20,000 nt of DNA, from sequence record SRR31156797_4553. One strand, written 5' to 3'. Positions 15,405-20,000 of this stretch are shown one piece after another. The notes beneath the pieces were generated by a model. It saw nothing but the letters and a program-made list of their open reading frames with translations, was not told the origin of the DNA and ran no database searches. How positions within the stretch are numbered: position 1 is the first letter of the stretch; every line of letters starts with the position of its first letter. Made by a program: the position numbers and the translations under genes.

Positions 15405-16094
15405 ATGGCTAAAAAAAGCAAAAAAATGCAAGAAGCATTGCAAAAAGTTGATGCTACAAAAGCTTATTCAGTTGAAGAAGCAGTAGCTTTGGCAAAAGAA
15501 ACAAATATTGCAAAATTCGACGCAACGGTTGAAGTTGCTTACAAATTAAACGTAGACCCTAAAAAAGCGGATCAACAAATCCGTGGCGCGGTTGTATTAC
15601 CAAACGGTACTGGTAAAACACAAACAGTTTTAGTTTTTGCTAAAGGCGATAAAGCCAAAGAAGCAGAAGCAGCTGGTGCTGATTTCGTTGGTGACGACGA
15701 TATGGTTCAAAAAATCCAAGGTGGCTGGTTCGATTTTGACGTTGTTGTTGCAACGCCTGACATGATGGCTACTGTTGGTAAATTAGGTCGTGTATTAGGC
15801 CCTAAAGGTTTGATGCCTAACCCTAAAACTGGTACAGTAACAATGGACGTAACAAAAGCAGTTAACGAAGTAAAAGCTGGTAAAGTTACTTACCGTGTTG
15901 ACAAAGCTGGGAACATCCACGTACCAATCGGAAAAGTTTCTTTTGAAGATGACAAATTGATTGAAAACTTCAAAACGATCCATGAAACATTGTTGAAAGC
16001 TAAGCCTTCAGCAGCAAAAGGGCAATACATGAAAAATATCTCAGTTACAACAACATTTGGTCCTGGGATCCATGTAGAACAAGCTTCTTTCTAA
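15405..16094 (+). CDS. rplA: 50S ribosomal protein L1
   Basis: [45 protein letters not shown]. Confidence 0.99.
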   Translation: MAKKSKKMQEALQKVDATKAYSVEEAVALAKETNIAKFDATVEVAYKLNVDPKKADQQIRGAVVLPNGTGKTQTVLVFAKGDKAKEAEAAGADFVGDDDMVQKIQGGWFDFDVVVATPDMMATVGKLGRVLGPKGLMPNPKTGTVTMDVTKAVNEVKAGKVTYRVDKAGNIHVPIGKVSFEDDKLIENFKTIHETLLKAKPSAAKGQYMKNISVTTTFGPGIHVEQASF

Positions 16095-16169
16095 TTTAAT
16101 ACAAAAATTCAAAACTTTTATTGACTTGACTACCTTATCTGTGGTAAGGTAGTCAAGGTTAAAAGTTTA

Positions 16170-16277
16170 ACTGTACCGAAGACAGTAGGTGGCATTTGCC
16201 TTAATTTCCTACCGAGGACGTTTATTGAGAATCTTCAATAGTCCCTCTATGTCTACGGTGGCATAGAGTTTTTTTAT
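16170..16277 (+). promoter_or_regulatory. L10 leader (rplJL attenuator) with terminator
   Basis: CCGAAGACAGUAGG...UUAA...CCUACCGAGG core. Terminator CUCUAUGUC/GGCAUAGAG plus U7 (16245-16275). Confidence 0.9.
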
Positions 16278-16349
16278 TGTCCTTTATAGGACAAAGGAAC
16301 AGTTTGTTTCGAAGAAACTCTTCCATCAAAATCAGGAGGTGAAATATAA

Positions 16350-16850
16350 ATGAGTGAAGCAGCTATCGCTAAAAAATCCGCGATCGTTGATGAAGTGAGT
16401 GCAAAATTCTCTGCAGCCGCATCTGTAGTCGTTGTTGACTACCGTGGACTAACTGTTGATGAAGTAACTCGCTTACGTAAACAATTGCGTGATGCAAACG
16501 TTGAGATGAAAGTTATCAAAAACTCAATTCTTTCTCGTGCTGCTGAAAAAGCTGGTCTAGAAGGTTTAGGTGAAGTATTCACTGGCCCTACTGCCGTAGC
16601 ATTCAGTAATGAAGACGTTGTTGCACCTGCAAAAATCATTAACGATTTCGCAAAAGACGCAAAAGCTTTAGAAATCAAAGGCGGTATCATCGAAGGCAAA
16701 GTTTCTTCATTGGAAGAAATTACTGCATTGGCGAAATTGCCAAACCGCGAAGGACTTCTTTCTATGTTGCTATCTGTGCTACAAGCACCTATCCGCAACG
16801 TGGCTTACGCTGTCAAAGCAGTGGCAGAAAAAGAAGAAGATGCAGCATAA
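16350..16850 (+). CDS. rplJ: 50S ribosomal protein L10
   Basis: VDYRGLTV...[26 protein letters not shown]. Confidence 0.99.
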   Translation: MSEAAIAKKSAIVDEVSAKFSAAASVVVVDYRGLTVDEVTRLRKQLRDANVEMKVIKNSILSRAAEKAGLEGLGEVFTGPTAVAFSNEDVVAPAKIINDFAKDAKALEIKGGIIEGKVSSLEEITALAKLPNREGLLSMLLSVLQAPIRNVAYAVKAVAEKEEDAA

Positions 16851-16910
16851 TTGCCGCATAATTTTTCAGTATTAAAAACTAAACTACTTACTTAAATGGA
16901 GGAAAACAAA

Positions 16911-17282
16911 ATGGCATTGAACATTGAAAACATTGTCGAAGAGCTAAAAGGCGCGACAATCTTAGAATTAAACGATTTAATTAAAGCTATCGAAGAAGAA
17001 TTTGGCGTATCTGCTGCAGCTCCTGTAGCTGTAGCTGGTGGAGCTGGCGATGCTGGTGCTGCTGAAGAACAAACTGAATTCACTGTAGAATTGACTGCAG
17101 CTGGCGATCAAAAAGTTAAAGTTATCAAAGCAGTTCGTGAAGCAACTGGCTTAGGCTTGAAAGAAGCGAAAGCAGTCGTTGACGGAGCTCCTTCAGCAGT
17201 TAAAGAAGGCATCTCTAAAGACGAAGCTGAAGCATTGAAAGCAGCTTTAGAAGAAGTTGGCGCTTCAGTAACAGTTAAATAA
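16911..17282 (+). CDS. rplL: 50S ribosomal protein L7/L12
   Basis: Start ATG 16911 after [39 protein letters not shown]. Confidence 0.99.
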   Translation: MALNIENIVEELKGATILELNDLIKAIEEEFGVSAAAPVAVAGGAGDAGAAEEQTEFTVELTAAGDQKVKVIKAVREATGLGLKEAKAVVDGAPSAVKEGISKDEAEALKAALEEVGASVTVK

Positions 17283-17290
17283 TTTTTCTT

Positions 17291-17332
17291 AGTGTCAAAT
17301 CTTTTCGTATGAAGGGGTTTGGCGCTTTTTTT
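17291..17332 (+). terminator. rplL terminator
   Basis: AGUGUCAAAUCUUUUC/GAAGGGGUUUGGCGCU stem (G-U rich, so + strand) plus U-run. Confidence 0.8.
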
Positions 17333-17351
17333 GTTAGAGGCTGAGATTCCT

Positions 17352-17411
17352 AAAAAGTAATAAGCAGCGATCCTCGTTTTTTTATGAGCGAGGATCGCTG
17401 CTTATTTTTTT
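17352..17411. terminator. Strong hairpin terminator at 3' end of small minus-strand gene
   Basis: AATAAGCAGCGATCCTCG / CGAGGATCGCTGCTTATT perfect 18-bp stem, with U-rich tails on both strands. Confidence 0.8.
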
Positions 17412-17575
17412 CGAAATTGTTGGAATAAGAACACGAAAATAAAAAAGAAAAATGCTTCCCACAACGTTGTGGTCCAACTAAAGCTGCGGTTAATACCAAA
17501 AACGAGATTACCAATATTGGAAACCACCAAATACAAGGCTGTTGCTAGCAAAGAATAGCCGAATCGTTTGCCCAT
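17402..17575 (-). CDS. Small hypothetical membrane protein (57 aa; 58 aa if started at 17578)
   Basis: Read by hand: MGKRFGYSLLATALYLVVSNIGNLVFGINRSFSWTTTLWEAFFFFIFVFLFQQFRKK. RBS GGGAGG, own promoter and terminator. Confidence 0.8.
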   Translation of the reverse strand: MGKRFGYSLLATALYLVVSNIGNLVFGINRSFSWTTTLWEAFFFFIFVFLFQQFRKK

Positions 17576-17597
17576 CATTACGCCTCCCTTTGCTATG

Positions 17598-17626
17598 ATT
17601 GTAACAAGTCAAAAGAGTTGTGGCAA
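17598..17626 (-). promoter_or_regulatory. SigA promoter for the small membrane protein gene
   Basis: TTGCCA-17 nt-TACAAT with TG extension (TGTTACAAT). Confidence 0.75.
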
Positions 17627-17662
17627 TCAATTCTGATGCAGTGATGATAAATTGATCGATAG

Positions 17663-17701
17663 AAAGAGAAAAACCGAACGGTCCGTAGTGATCGTTCGGT
17701 T
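17663..17701 (-). terminator. ilvE terminator
   Basis: AACCGAACGAUC/GACCGUUCGGUU stem then UUUCUCUUU on the minus strand. Confidence 0.75.
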
Positions 17702-17724
17702 GAAGAGGATGTAGCCCGGTTCGC

Positions 17725-18744
17725 TTAATCCAATGGAACATCAAAGATCCAACCGGTTGGTGCCGAAATATCGCCGAATTGAATGCCGGTCAATTGGTGA
17801 TACAATGCTTTTGTTTGTGGACCAACTTCCGTTTCGCTATAGAACACATGGAAATCCTCGCCGTTTTGGATCCCGCCGATCGGGGAAATAACAGCAGCTG
17901 TTCCGCAGGCACCCGCTTCGACAAAACGATCCAGCTCATTGAGATAAACATCACCTTCCACAGGGGTCAATCCTAATGAATGTTGCGCTAGATGCAGCAA
18001 TGAATATTTTGTGATACTTGGTAAAATAGAAGGAGATTTTGGTGTCACAAATTCATTAGCAGCCGTGATCCCGAAAAAGTTGGCAGAACCGACTTCTTCG
18101 ATTTTGGTATGCGTTTCTGGATCAAGGTAGATGCAATCGGAAAATTTCCGTTGATGGGCTTCGTATCCAGGTAACAAACTCGCCGCATAATTTCCACCAA
18201 CTTTGGCTGCGCCAGTACCATTTGGTGCCGCGCGATCATAATCAGAAACAATGAAATTGGTTGGTGTCAATCCGCCCTTAAAGTAAGGTCCGACCGGCAT
18301 ACAAAAAACCGTAAAAATATACTCTGGTGCTGGGCTGACACCGATATTTTCTCCGACGCCAATCAATAGAGGACGAATATACAAGGTGGCGCCGCTGCCA
18401 TAAGGCGGAACATATTCCTGATTTGCTTTTACTACTTGTTTTACCGCATCTAAGAAAAAGGCCTCAGGAACCTCTGGCATACGCAGGCGATAGGCACTGC
18501 GGTTCATCCGTTTGCTATTTTCGTCTGGACGGAACAAATTGATGCCGCCATCTTTTCTTCGGTAGGCTTTTAGTCCTTCAAAACATTGCTGTCCATAATG
18601 AAGAGCGGTTGATCCCTCGTGGATATGCAGATAATTATCCTCGGTAAGTTCGCCTTCATTCCAAGAACCGTCTTTCCATGTTGCCAAAAAACGCCATGGC
18701 GTTTTGATATAAGAAAACCCTAAATTTGACCAATCGATTGTCAT
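17725..18744 (-). CDS. ilvE: Branched-chain amino acid aminotransferase
   Basis: ALHYGQQCFEGLKAY, LYIRP, AKVGGNYA (PLP lysine), EEVGSAN, ILPSIT, CGTAAVISPI. Confidence 0.96.
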   Translation of the reverse strand: MTIDWSNLGFSYIKTPWRFLATWKDGSWNEGELTEDNYLHIHEGSTALHYGQQCFEGLKAYRRKDGGINLFRPDENSKRMNRSAYRLRMPEVPEAFFLDAVKQVVKANQEYVPPYGSGATLYIRPLLIGVGENIGVSPAPEYIFTVFCMPVGPYFKGGLTPTNFIVSDYDRAAPNGTGAAKVGGNYAASLLPGYEAHQRKFSDCIYLDPETHTKIEEVGSANFFGITAANEFVTPKSPSILPSITKYSLLHLAQHSLGLTPVEGDVYLNELDRFVEAGACGTAAVISPIGGIQNGEDFHVFYSETEVGPQTKALYHQLTGIQFGDISAPTGWIFDVPLD

Positions 18745-18772
18745 TCGTTCACACCCTTTTTTAATTTTTCTA

Positions 18773-18816
18773 AGTATAGCACTTCAGAAAAGAAATGTCA
18801 TTATTTTCTGAAAATT
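18773..18816 (-). promoter_or_regulatory. ilvE promoter with adjacent CodY box
   Basis: TGCTATACT -10 (18773-18781) and ATGACA -35 (18796-18801). TATTTTCTGAAAATT (18802-18816) matches the consensus AATTTTCWGAAAATT at 14/15. Confidence 0.75.
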
Positions 18817-18954
18817 CTTCTGTAAGAATATTTGGTGACAGTGACGTGTAAAGAAAGGGGAACCGATCTTTGCTTGTACGAGTTCCCCAGATTGTTTTTC
18901 TACAAGTTCTGTGCTTCAATGAGAGTATAAAAATACAAAAAAGGGGGAACGTTT

Positions 18955-19923
18955 GTGATTGAGGAAGTGTTGACGGACAGTCTGGGGATCGCTGCTGCGT
19001 ATCGACGATTGAAACCAATCATGATCCATACACCACTTGCACCAAGTAATATTTTAGGCAAAGAAAAAGAGGGCACGATATTTTTGAAATTAGAAAATCT
19101 ACAGCGTACCGGCTCCTTTAAAGCGCGGGGGGCGTATAACAAACTCGCGTCATTGACTGATGCAGAAAAACTTCGCGGTGTCATTGCCTGTTCTGCAGGA
19201 AATCATGCGCAAGGTGTTGCTCTCGCCGGATCGTTACTGGGGATCAATGTCCGAATCTTTATGCCATTAACGGCTGCCAAAACAAAAATAGAGGCGACAA
19301 GAAGTTATGGCGCACAAGTCGTTTTAGCAGGAGAGACGTTTGATGAAACCAAACAACTGACACTAGACGCCATGAAAGATAGTGGAGAAGTATTTGTCTC
19401 CCCCTTTGATGATCGTGCAGTAATGGAGGGGCAAGGAACGATTGCGATCGAACTGTTAGAGGATCTTCCAGATGTTGATAATGTCATTATTCCCATCGGC
19501 GGTGGTGGGTTGATTGCTGGGATTGCTTTAGCCTTAAAAGAACTTCGTCCAGAAGTCAAAATCATCGGCGTTCAATCCTATGGCGTTTATGGCATGATCG
19601 CCTCACTTTGGCAGCAAAAGCTAGTAGCCAATCGCCGCAGTAGAACGATCGCCGATGGCTGTGATGTTGCATTGGCAGGGGAACTGACCTATGATGTTTT
19701 AAAGACCCGTATCGATGAAACGGTCTTAGTTGAAGAATCCGATATCGAACAAGCGATCCATTACTTAGCATTGAAGGAAAAAGTCATCGCAGAAGGGGCT
19801 GGTGCATTAAGTACGGCGGCGATTTTAAGCGGACAGATCGATCATTTGCTTCGAGGAAAGAAAACTGTGGCATTGGTCTCCGGCGGCAATATTGATTTCT
19901 CTGTGTTTAAGGAAATCATCTGA
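18955..19923 (+). CDS. Threonine ammonia-lyase (PLP fold II), short form lacking C-terminal regulatory domain (TdcB/IlvA-like)
   Basis: GTG start after AAGGGGG. KLENLQRTGSFKARG, SAGNHAQG, PIGGGGLI, TIADG, SGGN. Ends shortly after SGGN at 322 aa. Confidence 0.9.
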   Translation: MIEEVLTDSLGIAAAYRRLKPIMIHTPLAPSNILGKEKEGTIFLKLENLQRTGSFKARGAYNKLASLTDAEKLRGVIACSAGNHAQGVALAGSLLGINVRIFMPLTAAKTKIEATRSYGAQVVLAGETFDETKQLTLDAMKDSGEVFVSPFDDRAVMEGQGTIAIELLEDLPDVDNVIIPIGGGGLIAGIALALKELRPEVKIIGVQSYGVYGMIASLWQQKLVANRRSRTIADGCDVALAGELTYDVLKTRIDETVLVEESDIEQAIHYLALKEKVIAEGAGALSTAAILSGQIDHLLRGKKTVALVSGGNIDFSVFKEII

Positions 19924-19970
19924 GTGCAACAAGCCTTCCAAAAAAGAAAGAAGAGACCTGATTAGACATT

Positions 19971-20000
19971 TGATATGCTCCCCCTATATAGGACACTGAA
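19971..20000. mobile_element. Possible IS3-family terminal inverted repeat (element would continue beyond the window)
   Basis: TGATATGCTCCCCCTATATAGGACACTGAA resembles the TG..TGC.CCC...GACA end pattern of IS3/IS150-group elements. No transposase visible. Confidence 0.4.

Noticed and set aside
17508-17744. 78-aa minus-strand ORF from the ORF track
   Set aside because: Spans the ilvE terminator and a promoter, and overlaps the better-supported small gene in another frame.
1035-19771. Remaining short ORFs nested in or antisense to assigned genes (e.g. 3343-3681, 4896-5255, 9000-9332, 16439-16798, 18900-19184)
   Set aside because: Shadow ORFs of well-supported genes, with no independent evidence of expression.
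1-20000. CRISPR array, tRNA/rRNA, prophage, retron or multi-gene defence system
   Set aside because: No spaced direct repeats, cloverleafs, integrase, reverse transcriptase, nuclease or phage structural genes were seen.

Overview
Chromosomal window from a low-GC Firmicute, most likely an Enterococcus (inferred from gene content and order, not verified). Left half, partly accessory: a 5'-truncated three-gene ABC exporter, a DAGK-family lipid kinase, an orphan acidic lipoprotein plus small membrane protein in an AT-rich stretch divergent from a bile salt hydrolase (bsh), a FUSC/aromatic-acid-exporter-family gene, a secreted ChW-repeat protein, a preQ1-I riboswitch with queT, and cbpA. Right half, core: rpmG-secE-nusG, a DUF1576 gene, sdaAB-sdaAA, rplK-rplA-rplJ-rplL with two L1-binding sites and an L10 leader, a small membrane-protein gene missed by the ORF track, and divergent ilvE and threonine dehydratase genes with a CodY box. 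A possible IS3-family end lies at the right edge. The most unusual signals are (1) a structured ~210-nt candidate sRNA at 4058-4270 (minus) with its own promoter and a CcpA cre site, (2) a weak terminator between an internal promoter and nusG, suggesting NusG autoregulation, and (3) a non-catalytic fusion of ChW repeats with an Ada-like/'sunset' domain. No CRISPR array, tRNA, rRNA or multi-gene defence system was seen.
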